A DNA stretch of 29,950 nt from Catajapyx aquilonaris. Its lineage: Eukaryota. Under the pieces are notes generated by a model. It ran no database searches. It had not been told where the DNA came from and saw nothing but the letters and a program-made list of their open reading frames with translations. The translations under genes were made by a program, and so were the position numbers. The stretch lies in NCBI GenBank assembly GCA_000934665.2, contig JYFJ02001092.1:62001-91950 (forward strand). The letters are read 5' to 3'. This document shows, piece by piece, positions 11,401 to 24,237 of this stretch; position 1 is the first letter of the stretch, and every line of letters starts with the position of its first letter.

Positions 11401-12916
11401 TTCTTCAAGTTGTAAAGTTCCCACTAGACAGTTTCGCTGTGACTGTTCAAATTTTATTACATACATCCAATAATACACGTTCATATAGTCTGTAGTGCAT
11501 TATTTTCATATTTCGACTTTTAAATGCGACTGCAAGGTCGGTCGCAATAAGCCCATTTCACGTCACAGTTCTTCACGTTGACATCAACCGACAACCTCCT
11601 TACCTCTTTCTGAGTGACGTACTTTATAAATGTCCCTATGGACTCCGAGAGGGAGTACTTATGTCACTCTGTGTAAATTTTGCAGGCAGAGGTAAATTAT
11701 AAATGAGGAGAGAGAGGTTTGCCACATTGTTATGCTAACACTAGCATGACCGCGCTCAGGCAGGATAAACCATGTAAGGGGACTTGAGTACACCTCTTAT
11801 GAAAATAAGTGGCTTGTTGTTACATAATATTAATTAATTTAATTAACTTATTGCACCTTTTGATGTCATTCCAAATTTGGATTACACAATTGCCATGTGC
11901 ACTGAGATTTAATACGGCGAAGAATAGCAAGCTAAGATCATTCGAAAATATCGTATATTATTCTCGTGACTTATCTTCTCCTTGATGCTGCATGAGTAAC
12001 TGTTTACGACTATAGAAGTATTTCTCACGCAGCACAGAAAAGCGAGACGAAAATATTTCTTTCAAATATTTCACGATCAGTTTACCACACAACAGGTGAG
12101 AATTTCGAATCCAAATGTTGCTATTTTTGGCTACAACCCATGAATAGTTCCCGATGAAAAATAGCTGGGTCTCATAAATCGCAAAACAAGGAACTTGTTT
12201 CTAGAGTTCGTGAAAAAAAAGCAACATGACACGACCACCACGATCGTCTCGTAGGTAATTATTTCCCACCAACAACCAAAATCCAGTAAGGATGCCGTTC
12301 CACTGGAATTTGAGGTCAACAAAAATATTCAGGCAACGGGCGGGCGGCTAGGTTAACCCCAAGACACTTTGCCTTTTACTCCCATGCTCCCATTTGAATA
12401 CTCCTGAGTCTCCACCATTCTAAAACCCCGAAAAAGGTTATACAAAGTGGCCTGTGAATAATTAACACACCTTCACTTGACCTGCTACACACCACCACAA
12501 TCGATAATCGTTCATGCCGATTATCCCAATAACCCGTATATTTTGACGGCCACGAAATGCAGCCTACCGTTTAAGATTAGTAAAAAATTGTATATAGAAA
12601 AGACCCGCACGCAATATCGCGATATGTAAATTTGGGCCAGGGCTCCCTAACATCAATCATATAGAGTCCGGTGCGTAGGATTGGTGGACAAGGTAAGAGG
12701 GCGGAACTGTTGCTGCAAGCCCCGATGAAGAAAAGAATCGGGGGAAGACCAAAAGGTATCTCCAGAATGGTACAGCATTGGGACAAGAGTCCCAAGGACG
12801 AAACTTTCCCCTCCGGTGTAGTAATTTCCCAAGCTCGCTCACATGAGTCCCAAGTGAGAGTGAAAGTGACTCGAGTCTCTTCTTGTTCTCCGTCGGTGGT
12901 GCTCAGAGGACGACGG

Positions 12917-13092
12917 ATGGCGTCGTCCAACAACGTGGCGCCGGTGACGCCGCCGATGACCACACCGAGGCAGGACTACCAGTTCGACGATGCCGCGGTG
13001 GTGGTCAGGCACGCCTGCAAGACATTCGGTCTCGGAAAGAACCGACATCTAGTCCTCAACGAGCTTCACATGACCGTCGACAAGGGAACCAT
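12917..13092 (+). CDS. ABCH-subfamily ABC half-transporter (often annotated ABCG20/23-like), coding exon 1
   Basis: MASSNNVAPV...AAVVVRHACKTFGLGKNRHLVLNELHMTVDKGT(I), typical start of an ABCH NBD. Ends phase 2 at AT|GCAAGT (GC donor). Confidence 0.85.
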
Positions 13093-15242
13093 GCAAGTTG
13101 CAAACATGTTTTTTTTCACGTGATTTTTGAGTTCAGAAGTGTCCGACATTCAAATGTCGGAGATGCATTGTCACTAGCAACCACAAAAATCATCTCGTGC
13201 ATGTGCATCGAAAGTATGTCCGATTCTGAAGGACGTGAGAAAACCATATCAGGCGCGTGGGTATATCGACGGACATGTTCCGTTTCGTACAAATAATTGC
13301 ACATACAGTACAATAGGTACGTGAAGTGTATAGTGAGTCAGTTAATTAGCGTTGAACAATGGGGTGTTGATCCCTATGGTACGGTACCATCCTTTCCAAA
13401 ATTTCCAGCGTCGTTAAAAATATTGCGAGATGGCCACCGATTCACGATCTGATAACTTCGAACAAGGTCGCGTCATGGCTGAGTTATAGGAGATCTCTTT
13501 ATTATTTCTGTAAGCTACAAGTAGCCCACTTACAAATTAGTTATGCCGCTTTCTTTTGGCCATTACCAACATCAGGTAACGTGTTAAATAAGCGTTACAC
13601 AACAAAAAATGACAATGAAAGTAATTCTCTGATTGTACGTAACATGTCATGAATCCTTCCCGTTGAGCTACCTTTTGACCTTGTAGGTTGCAACACTATG
13701 AGATTTCTCTGTGTGAACTCATTCAGGTAATTAAGGCATAACAAGAAGTAGAACATCATTCTATTTACTACTCTCTTGCATGGTGGACATTATGGTAAGT
13801 TGAGCACTTAAATACATTTAAATTAATCCCACTGAATTAAATTTAATATTTTTGAACTTCATTAACGCATTAAAAGCAAATGCAGAGGGCGGGCATCATT
13901 AATTCTGCAATGTACAGTGTAAGCATTATTGTACATAGCTGTAAATATATATGTACAGAAATGAGCCATAAGAGAAGTTTTTTTTTGCATGCTACTTGAA
14001 ATGTACAGTGTTTCCAAATGTTGTAGTTCAGGTGCCATATACCAGAGAATTATTTTGCACAGCAGCAAGCCGAGAAAACAACTCGTTTTACATTGGTTGA
14101 AGGACACAGAAAAGTAATGAGCCGGTCATTCCCCGGGATATTTCCTACTTCTCGTGGACATTATGACTGCCATCTTCAGGAGGCGGAGAATGTCTAGGAA
14201 ATTGGAGGTCATGCTTATTATGAAGCGAAACATAACAATAGTACAGTATTATTTTTTATTTTTAGAGTATGCCATAAACCTTCACACAGTAACTTAATGG
14301 ATAAGATCCTACAGAGCGAAAAGGCGCACTGTTATCATGTCGGGTCCTTGAATCTCCATGTAAAATTTGCACTGTCACCCACGTGACGTAAGGTATCGTT
14401 CTCAAATGAATTTAAATAAGGGACTTCATCTCACAATCTCAGCCAGACGGGGCCATAAAATATTTACCGTGGCTTGTGACAGTATGCAGTGCATGCATGC
14501 AAGTAAATTGAATCACTGTCACAGAATATACATATATACCGGATGTCTTGAAGTTCATTACCATAATATCTCTGGCCAGCTGCTTCCTGAAGAAAGCTGT
14601 TAGGCAACAGGTGATCGTCAAGGTTGTGTTCCACTTTGGATATGCGGCATTTGCACTAATAGAAATTTCACGGACAAGTTCTGTATTTTATGTAAATACG
14701 CGTAGTTTCAGTTTTAAAATAATTCCACCCGGTTATAAATAATACTAACGGACTTTGGAGCTGTGAACACCCGAATACCACGAGGTATGCAGGTAGGTTA
14801 ATGAAAGAAAGCACTATACCCAAATCCAGCGCTCAGTGGGCTATAGATCTGCTGATGATACAGGGTGTGCAGGTCGTTTCACTCTACGAAAGCTTTGTTA
14901 TGTGTTCCTATAAAAGTAATAGTCCAGACGCCCAAGGCATCTTAGAAGTGTCATCAGAACTTCTCATGTATTCTATATGGCACCAGAACTACTGCTTTGG
15001 AACACTTGAACCAAAGGGCTTGCAGTGCCCTATATTTCGCATACTCTTTGAGATACAGTATCTCCCAGACAGCCTAACATAGAAAGTGGTAGACAACCTG
15101 TTCCGTAGATTCAGTAAAAGTTTGTCACTGCATGCTTGCCGATGTTTACACACGGGTAGTAAGATTGCCGTGATCCTACTGACCTACAAGAGTGTGACTG
15201 TATCATAATGGCGGCATCATATTATGTATATATGTTGTACAT

Positions 15243-15293
<51 letters not shown>

Positions 15294-15303
15294 CAGCAGC
15301 AGC

Positions 15304-15371
<68 letters not shown>
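15243..15371. repeat. Compound (TAG)n/(CAG)n microsatellite
   Basis: About 43 trinucleotide units, TAG runs interrupted by two CAG runs; a short related run at about 15424-15443. Lies in the large ABCH intron. Confidence 0.97.
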
Positions 15372-18186
15372 CAAATATTATTAACGCGCTTAATTATTAA
15401 CGCGCGTTGATAATTAGTATTTGGTAGTAGTAGTAGCAGCAGTTCATAATATTATAAGTTACTGTATATAGAACAGAAGTAGTAACTGTCGCGTGTATAT
15501 AAAAAGCAGCTCTCCTCTGTAATTATTACTGAATAAATATCATTAAATTTGTGAGCATCACCACATATGTAGAGTCAAATATCCTGCATGTCCAATCTAA
15601 TTCATGGGTCAAGACATCATAAATGGACGCATTTGCCTGAATATGCCACATACTCTCCATAGATTTGCTTGGGCTAATTGAGCTATATTGCAGAGTGCAT
15701 ATGGTGTACTGCACGTAGTGCATTCCTGAATGCTTTACCAACCGAAGGCATTTATCCAGAATGCTGCTGGTGATTGTTGCTGGCGTGTCAAGAATCTTGT
15801 GTATTAGAAATTAAAAGAAATGGAGACTACAATGCTACTATTTCGTCAGCAACATCACTACCCGCACAGTGCAGTTTATGTGCAGTAGTAGGTTAGCCAC
15901 TCTGCATTACCGCAAACTGATAATAATGTTATTGCATGGAGGAGAACGTGTCGGGTCACAGACTCGTGTACCTCATGAATGTGGTACAAATCCTGGCGAG
16001 TCAGTCTTGGGCCATCATCTATGCTTAACTAATGTGCTTCTGTACGCATTATCGTGGAGACTCTAGGCTCGTCTAACATTAGAAACCAACCTGACCTGGC
16101 CCTGGAGCTTAAGTTACACTTAATGGAGAGGTAATGTGTTCATAACAGGTAGTCACGTCGTTCCTTTGCTTACGTAAGGGGTATTGGGTATCTCCGAACG
16201 TTACTTTAGCAGTTATGAATTTTCTGTTCACAGTATAATAATTATATTCGGTATGTCAGATATGAAGAATCATTAGGCATGACTGTAATAGACCGGAATT
16301 AAGCACATATACGATCTCGTATAGAATCTCGTACCGTAGGCTATATAACTTTCTGAAAAAAAAGTACAGACAGTTAAAACTTGTGCTACCTGTCCTACTT
16401 GAGGGCTCAATTAATTATATTGCGAGCTTACTGATGCCTTATCTGGCAACGAACACTTACAAGGCTATACTGTAATATTTTAAACATTCTAACGTTACAT
16501 GCGTTCGTATAATGCGAGATCCATCGTACACAACTGCATATGTGTTCTTATCACAGTGACAAAAGTTCATCGAAATACATTTTGACTGAAAATCTAAATT
16601 TCATCAATATTCTGCTTATATGTGGCAAAACAATATTAAAGTTCATCTTGTGCATTAGTTTAGTCAGTGCTGTAAATACGCTTAGACGCTGCGACATCGC
16701 AGTTCCATAACACTTAATCTAAATCAGGGTCACGTTTTATGTAAATGGAAGTCTTGTAGTAATTCTTTCTTGTAAATCTCTTCCTCATTTGATTGTTTTC
16801 GAGTGCTATAACTCTTTCTTCTTTGTCCCTTTCACTGCACATTTTATTTCCATATATTCCCACGTTTGCATTCGTAAACGGCGATGGACCATGAATTAGT
16901 TTCCAAACGACAAAGGTCTCGGCCATTAGCATATATGAAATTTTTTCTTGCTTGTAATTCACGTACAAAACATATTTACTCTAGAATATCTCACATTTTC
17001 ACGTCCACAAATTAACCGCTTTCCTAATATCATCCGGTATCCAATTGTAATCGTTGACCTCCTTGAACGGTTGCGTGCGTTACACATTAACTATTTTGCG
17101 TAAAATCTTAAGAACTTGGCAAAATTCACGATAAGGTTGAGTCACAAGGCCAACTTTTCTCCGCCCATTGTGCTGTATGTCAACATAATGCTTACAGGGT
17201 TTGTTCCCTCTGCACGCTCTGAGGGGACAAAGGCTGTTTGTCGGATAACAAGGCAGCTCTAAGAAGCTGTAATTCTCATAAGCATACAACTGACGACACT
17301 TATGTTTCACACTTTAGGCGAAACATTTTTGCAAGGAATTCTCCTCTGAAATGTATTTCTCGCTCTGATAAATAATTAAGCACTAAATTGTTTGGCTGAA
17401 ATTAAGTTTGCAATGAAGAAATGACGCCTGTTTATATACGAATGAAAGCGCAATTTCTTGTAGAGTATTCATTTCATAATTGTATTTAATGTATGATATT
17501 GTAAAATATTGCATGTACACTATAGATAGGTAATTATTATTATTATTGAGGTCATGTTCAATAGGCCCACCCGTTTTTTCTTCTTCCTGACAGCACGTGA
17601 ACTAAATTATTCAGGAAGCGACGCAATGTTGCAGTGTACACGGAACATGACACGCTGAAAAATTATCCAAGTAACGATTCAAGATACAGCACAATTTTGG
17701 CAATTACACGTGTAATGATTTTTGCCAACTTTCTAAAACTCTCAAGGAATGCAAATAATAGTGGCATGTTCATTGCTATGCAGAGCCTCCAGTCGAGTGG
17801 TAATGAAACCATGACGCAACTACCCAACATTATTTTGTTGTTGGCATTTGCAGCTGATCTTTTTCGATTCCCATTTTGCTAGCAGACTGTCGATGAAAAT
17901 CTACGGGCATGCAGATTTGGCTAGGATAAAGTCACGAAGTGGATTTTAAAAAAAGTTGAGGGAAACAATTCAACCTGAATTCTCAAGTAACCGGTTGGAG
18001 GCACTCAGCGGCTAGTTTTGAAAATGACCTATAATAATTAATTACCTTTATTAGTAAATATTTTTTTACTGAAGCAGCCAGTCGGAGTGAATAATATATG
18101 GAGGTGGCCAGCACACGAATCGGTTGGCATGAGAAGTGTGTCAGCAGAAATAATAAGCATGTCCACTAACATCCTCCCCCAACCAG

Positions 18187-18703
18187 ATACGGTCTACTGG
18201 GGGCCAGTGGCTGCGGGAAGACCACGCTGCTCTCATGCGTAACCGGCATCCGTCGGCTCAGCTCAGGGATGGCCCAGGTCCTGGGGGCCGCCCCGGGCAC
18301 CCCCGGCCTCGGGGTCCCGGGCCGCCGGGTGGGATTCATGCCTCAGGAGATGGCCCTTCTTCCTGACTTCAGCATCCGAGAACTCCTCTTCTTCTTTGGG
18401 CGCCTGCACGGGCTGGCCCTCGGGCGGATAAAGGAGCAGGCGCGCTTCCTCCTCTCTTTCCTGGAGCTGCCCAAATGGGACCGGAGGATCGCTGACCTCA
18501 GCGGTGGCCAACAGCGGAGGGTGTCCTTTGCCCTGGCGCTACTGCACCAGCCCGAATTGCTCATCCTGGACGAACCGACAGTGGGACTGGACCCGCTTCT
18601 TCGCCAGAGCATATGGCGCTACCTCATGGCGCTGGTGTCCACCAGGCAACACACCATCATAATCACCACCCATTACATTGAGGAGGCCAGGCAGGCCCAT
18701 AAG
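18187..18703 (+). CDS. ABCH coding exon 2 (nucleotide-binding domain)
   Basis: Branch point cactaac and ccAG acceptor (18186). Reads (I)YGLLGASGCGKTTLLSC (Walker A), GFMPQE (Q-loop), LSGGQQRRVS (signature), LLILDEPTVG (Walker B), TTHYIEEA (H-loop). Donor AAG|GTCAAT. Confidence 0.95.
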
Positions 18704-18949
18704 GTCAATAGAGTTAATAGTCATTAACAGTGTATTATGATGAGAGAGAGAGTGCGTGAATTAATGCTTTTAGATTCATCAGAGCATGTGTTCAAATTGT
18801 GATGAAACGGAGCAAGCTCAGCCAGAGACTTGTTGTTGCGTCAGTGGAGCAGACGCGAGGCGCACAGAAGCACCGTGGGCACTTGTTAATGAATGGGCAG
18901 GCATAAAAGCGTGTGCGATAGTGAAAGTTGGTTCTTTGCAATCTTGCAG

Positions 18950-19829
18950 GTGGGCTTCCTTCGTTCTGGACGCCTTCTGGCAGAAGGCAGTCCGGAAGAC
19001 CTGGTGCGCCAGCACGACGCCATCACCTTGGAAGAGACCTTCCTTCGCCTTTGCCTAGCTGATCCGGAGGGCGATTCGACACCGTCCGACTCTGCCATTG
19101 CACCTGCCATTGCTCACGCCATTACCCCAGCCATTGACCATGCCGCGCCTGCTAAACAGTTCCCCCCAGCAGCACAGCCCGCTGTTGCTGGCCTCTTCCA
19201 GTCCCAGAAGGCTCGTAACATGGCATCGACCGAGTCCGTGGTTGCGCTCTCCTTTCACCAGTCCAAAGAGGTTCTTGTAGAAACAATCTCTTACCCAAAT
19301 AATAATACTCGTGGGTCCTTGTCCGGCGGCCACAAGCCGGCGACCGACACCCAGATGGACGACCCAGGGTCTTCCGCATGCGGCTCTGCCCAAAGGATCC
19401 TGGCCATCCTCAGGAAAAACCTGAAGCGCTTGCACTCCAACATCAGCTACGTCGTTTTCTCTGTTGTACTGCCCGTCACTATGTTGTCCACTTTCTGCCT
19501 CTCCATGGGGAAACCTCCTCACAACCTCGATATTGGCGTCGTCAACGATGAGTTTCCTGGTGACCCTCTGTGTCACCCTTACGATGGATGCGCTTTTGTC
19601 AATCTTAGCTGCCGCCTTTTACACTCACTCGACGACAATACGGTTGTGTTTCATCCTTTCCCTGACGTGGAATCAGCCTTGGATGCCGTTCGCCAAGGGA
19701 ATTCCTGGGGTGTCCTCCACTTTCCACAAGATTACTCGGACAACTTGGTGCTCAGATACAACGACGGGCTGTCGGCCGATAATGTCACGGTCGACAATTC
19801 TAATCTGCGAGTTCATCTGGATGCATCTA
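18950..19829 (+). CDS. ABCH coding exon 3 (NBD end, linker, TM1, extracellular domain)
   Basis: tgcAG|VGFLRSGRLLAEGSP...TLEETFLRLC...RILAILRKNLKRL...FSVVLPVTMLSTFCLSMGKPP...LSCRLL...VHLDAS; donor A|GTGAGC, phase 1. Confidence 0.92.
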
Positions 19830-19900
19830 GTGAGCCTTTTTTTTGTCCACACCGAAGATGCATATACAAATGCAAAGCCTTCATTGATTATTTCTTTCAG

Positions 19901-20016
19901 ATGAATATGTGTCAGTCATCCTGCAAAAACATCTCCTGGAGGGCTTCCGAAACTTCAGTAGAAGACTCCTGGAAATATGTGAATTCGACCCGGATATTGG
20001 TGACCTACCATTAGTG
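19901..20016 (+). CDS. ABCH coding exon 4
   Basis: tttctttcAG acceptor; (N)EYVSVILQKHLLEGFRNFSRRLLEICEFDPDIGDLPLV; donor GTG|GTACAC (an in-frame alternative GT lies 3 nt upstream). Confidence 0.85.
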
Positions 20017-20085
20017 GTACACACATACACCAATGCCCATATGGAAACGGATACTTTCATTAACAATCTTTTCGTTACTTTTCAG

Positions 20086-20156
20086 TTTGGAGAATTTGTG
20101 TACGGTGGAGATTCTCGCAAGTTCCTGGACTTCACAGCACCCGGAATTACTCTCAT
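20086..20156 (+). CDS. ABCH coding exon 5
   Basis: cttttcAG|FGEFVYGGDSRKFLDFTAPGITL(M), fitting the ABCH VYG...FxDFxAPG motif; donor AT|GTTAGT. Confidence 0.88.
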
Positions 20157-20302
20157 GTTAGTCACTTATTCATCGTCGTAATTAATCCTGAATTAAATAA
20201 TTTAAATCATTTTAAGAGGTGGTAAAAATATGTGTAGGCTTATGGATTGTGACAGCGACTGATTTCTAAATTTCAGAAAACATTAACAATTTTCTTTCGC
20301 AG

Positions 20303-20873
20303 GATTGTCTTCATCTTTTCGATGTCCCTAATCATGCTGGCGTTCATCCTGGAGAGGCGTGAAGGAATGGTGTCGCGTCTCCAGGCCGCTGGAGTCCGAC
20401 CATACGAGCTGGCTGCCGGCCACGTCCTGACAGAATATATCCTGATGTGCCTCCAGATATCCCTGGTGGTGCCCGTCGCCTTCTTCGTGTTCGACCTCCC
20501 TTACAACGGTCCCCTTGGATGGATAGTGGTCATCCTGGTGCTCCACGGAACCTCCGGAATCACCCTAGGAACTCTGATCAGTGCCCTGGCAGAGGATGAG
20601 CTGATGGCCGTGCACATGGCTATAGCTGTCTGTTTCCTTCTCCTCATAGTAGGCGGCATAGTGTGGCCGCTGGAGGCCATGCCCGATGGCCTCCGTCACT
20701 TCAGCTACCTCTTGCCCACCACTCTAGGAGTGGAGGCCCTCCGTAACATGATGGTGCGCGGGTGGGGACTCTTGCATCCGAAGGTCTGGATGGGCTTCCT
20801 CGTACCCACAATCTGGTCTCTGGTCAACATAGTACTTCTAGCTATCACGTTGCGTTTCCGACAGCTGCTCTAG
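20303..20873 (+). CDS. ABCH terminal coding exon (ABC-2 type transmembrane domain)
   Basis: ttcgcAG acceptor; IVFIFSMSL...ILERREGMVSRLQAAGV...GGIVWPLEAMP...LPTTLGVEALRNMMVRGWG...RQLL-TAG. Exon lengths sum to 2331 nt = 776 aa plus stop. Confidence 0.93.
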
Positions 20874-23800
20874 ACACTGGCACGAACTATGCACCCGTTA
20901 TTGTTGTTTCACACTCTGTATCTTGTACTGTACAGTTATCCTCCTTTTACGTACTTGTGAGTGGTCGTCGTCCGTAATTCAGCACTGTGGCACACTTTGT
21001 ACGTTGTAGTTGTTAAGTAATATACATGGAGTTTTCCATGCATTCATGGGTCTGCGGTTGTGCATTTTTTTTATTATTCCAAACCGCAAGCCATTCTTAT
21101 TGGAAATGTTTTGCATTGGGTAATATGATACAAGAAAATTTGGTTTAAAAAATAAGGAGGCATTATTTTATAAACAGTGCCAGTATAGCTAATGAAGATT
21201 GTACGGAAGACTTATAGAAAGTTTTCCTTTGTTATTAATAATATTACGCAGTGTGCTACTTCTAGCATGCCCTTAGGGATTCTTCTGAATTATGGACGAC
21301 TAATAATCGACTTCTGTTCTTGTCTTCTATGTACATAAAATGACACATGTACATAAAATATTTCATTTTCAAAAAGTGTAGACCTACACATCGTTCCTGA
21401 TTTGTACATAATTATGTACTAGTACTGCTTACACGCTTACTACACAATATTCACTTTGAAGACTGCTGTGTAGCTGCTTCACACACGATGGTAGCAGCAC
21501 CGTATTTTCTCTCTCACTCAAGTGGGCCATGATTATCTATTTTTGGCTTGACGACAGCATTTTTTGTTACGTACGGTAAGAGAGAGGCTATGATGCCTCA
21601 AGTGCCAATCATTTAGTAATTTCACATTTGAAAAAAGTGCAGCTATTGTCCTGACGTATATAAATATACCACAGCATGTGGGCATCCAAGTAAGCTTCCT
21701 GCTTTCTCATCAAGATCCCTTCTATAGCAAGCAAGGCAAGATCATCAAGCCGTAAGTGAATAGGATGAGCAGCAGCGTGTCGTCGTTAATTACGGAGCTC
21801 CAAAAGTAATGTCATGCGAATAAATATTTCATTGTTTTTTATTACTGTGACACGCCTTCCGTATAAAAAAGAGACATGTGTCCTTATAACATTAGACTAT
21901 AATGGAACAGCAGGGATCCTCAACATACTTGTGCAGAGGGGAAAAAATTATATGCGTTAAAAACAAGCATATTTTTGGGCAAACATTTTCATGGCCAATA
22001 TTTCAAAAAACTTCCATGAAGACAGTGACATTTCAGAAACATATCAGCGTCACTTTAATTTGACAACTTTTAAACCCGTCGTTCTGCATTACTAAAACCT
22101 ATCTCACGCACATGTTTTAATTTCACTCGCAGATCAACAAAGGTAAGTGAAGATCTCAAGAATGAAACATGGAAATTATTTGTAAATAATCTTACAGTTC
22201 TACACGTCTTTATGGGACTACAAAATTATAATGTAGGCTAAGCTCCACAACAAAAAAGTGAGGTACTCCTAATGCTACAGCTACACATAATCTATAGACT
22301 TGCAGAGTCTACATTATTTCCAAGGAGTAGAAAGTTGCCCAAACTTGTCGTAAATTGAAATAGCTCCAAAGGTTAGCCTACGTTCCTTGTTGCAGGTTTG
22401 GCACGAAACTTAGGCCTAATAGGATTATATTTATTAATACTATTAGTATAAAAACGCATACAAAGGAAGAAATCAGAGTCATAAGTTGTAAGCTTTAAAA
22501 AAATTGCAACCATGTTTTAAGGCAATACATTATTGCCCAGAAAAAATGCACTGCTCTGGTATGTAATTTCGTAATGAACACGTTTTGGCTACTTTCTAGT
22601 AGCTGTCTAAAGGCAAGTCTGACACTCCCAGCAGTTATCGTATTTCGCTTGTACATACCACACTAGCAGCGTATACTGTACAAGTGCTTATATGATTAAT
22701 TGTCCTGGATCACTGTGCTCTTGGTAGTTGGTCAATTAATAATAATAATGGATACCCCGAGTACATGGTCAACTGGATTAACTGAGGCCATAACAAACAA
22801 AATTACCTCATAAAGCAAAATACTGCGTATTGAATGCAGTATATTTAATTGCAACATCATAAAACAAGAGTAAAATAATCAGCAGTGATGGGCCAGAGTT
22901 TTAAATCAAGGATAATTTGACAATATTTCTTTAGAGGTTGTCTATTGAATTAAAGTATATTCCTCCACAGGATTCATATCACATGTCTCACAAAATTAAG
23001 CTTCCTTTCATTGATAGGCAAGTATTCTTACAAATATGTCATGCCGATGAAATGATGGGTAGGATGCGACCCTAAATCAAATACGCAGTAACTACCAAAC
23101 AGTTCGTCACTACCACTAATGACGCTGATGAAAGATGCCCACTATACGTATCTTTTCATCAAAACAAAAATTTGTTTGATGGAGGTGATGAACGAAGCGC
23201 ACGAGAGTAAGATTCACATGTGTTACGAAAGTGCGTATATATTGTCATTTAAATTTTGACGCCTAAATAATGAAACCAAAAGGACACGACTAATCTGTTT
23301 TTTTGAGATGACTGAGATTAAAGTTTATCAAGATCTACGAGTACTAGTAACTTATGTGAAAATAATTTCCCGTTGTAATTTTTTTAGGTGTGCTTGAATG
23401 TTACGAAAAATATAAACGAAAGCCTTCTAGTGAATTTGGCTTTAAAAATTTACAGCTAAACAAAACTGGTCACAAACCCAATGACCTTTCAAACGTAAGA
23501 GGCAATAATTTTGTGTCGCACCTTGTTTTAAAAATTGTTGCCAACATTCCTTAGCCCGATGTAACCAAGAGAAAGTGCGCAGTGGCATTGTTTTGTCGGC
23601 TCATTTCCCTTGTACACTTATCACCCAGCGTTCAGTAGCAATTGTTCATTACCAGGCCAGATGCAGGCAATGTTGCAAGCAATATATTTTTGCATAATTG
23701 TCATCTCCATAAGGCGTAGTGCGAACAATACCTCCTCAAGCTACGGTCAACCAATTTCTTTGACGCAACCTTGCCTGACCCACATTCAAAAGCACCGCCG

Positions 23801-23967
23801 CACAGCCCTGCCCTTGAACCCAATGTCGGCCAACCCCGACCGGAGGCGCCACCGTCCGAGGCACCTGCCGTGGCGCCACCCAACGGACAATGTGGGCACC
23901 AAGTTTGAATACCCGTCAATGGCGGTTGATTAACGGACTCTCTCGAAGTGATCGCCAGCCAGACTAA

Positions 23968-24117
23968 ATGGCTCCTTGGAAGAAGAGGCCGGGCACGGGG
24001 CCATCCTCTGGCCCGTACCAGGCATCTCCGGACTCGTACCTTCGCGGGCTGTGCGACTTCCATGCACGGGTCAGGCGGAGGCAGTCGCTCAGGTCGGCCA
24101 GGTTCACGCCCTCTTCG
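23968..24117 (+). CDS. RTKN: Rhotekin-like gene, candidate first coding exon A
   Basis: In-frame TAA directly before the ATG; MAPWKKRP...DSYLRGLCDFHARVRRRQSLRSARFTPSS, exactly 50 codons; strong phase-0 donor G|GTGAGT at 24118, compatible with the exon at 28015. Confidence 0.65.
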
Positions 24118-24237
24118 GTGAGTGACACACGATCTGATACACGACCTTGGGTTCAATAATGTCCGATCGACAACGCCCACTTCCGAGTCCTTATTATTTA
24201 CGCGCTCCATGTGCATTTTGGTGCATTAATTGTAAGG

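Noticed and set aside
11612..11669. Hairpin gagtgacgta...tatgtcactc
   Set aside because: Only about 10 bp of continuous stem and no match to conserved miRNAs I recall.
14539..14732. Possible degenerate mariner MITE (taccggatg...cacccggtt)
   Set aside because: Terminal match is only about 7 nt and imperfect; cannot be separated from chance.
18263..19576. Minus-strand and shifted-frame ORFs over ABCH exons
   Set aside because: Shadow ORFs expected from GC-rich codon usage in the true + strand frame.
23125..23182. CTGATGA followed by a stem, hammerhead-like
   Set aside because: The required GAAA and cleavage-site stem are missing; it is a simple AT-rich hairpin.
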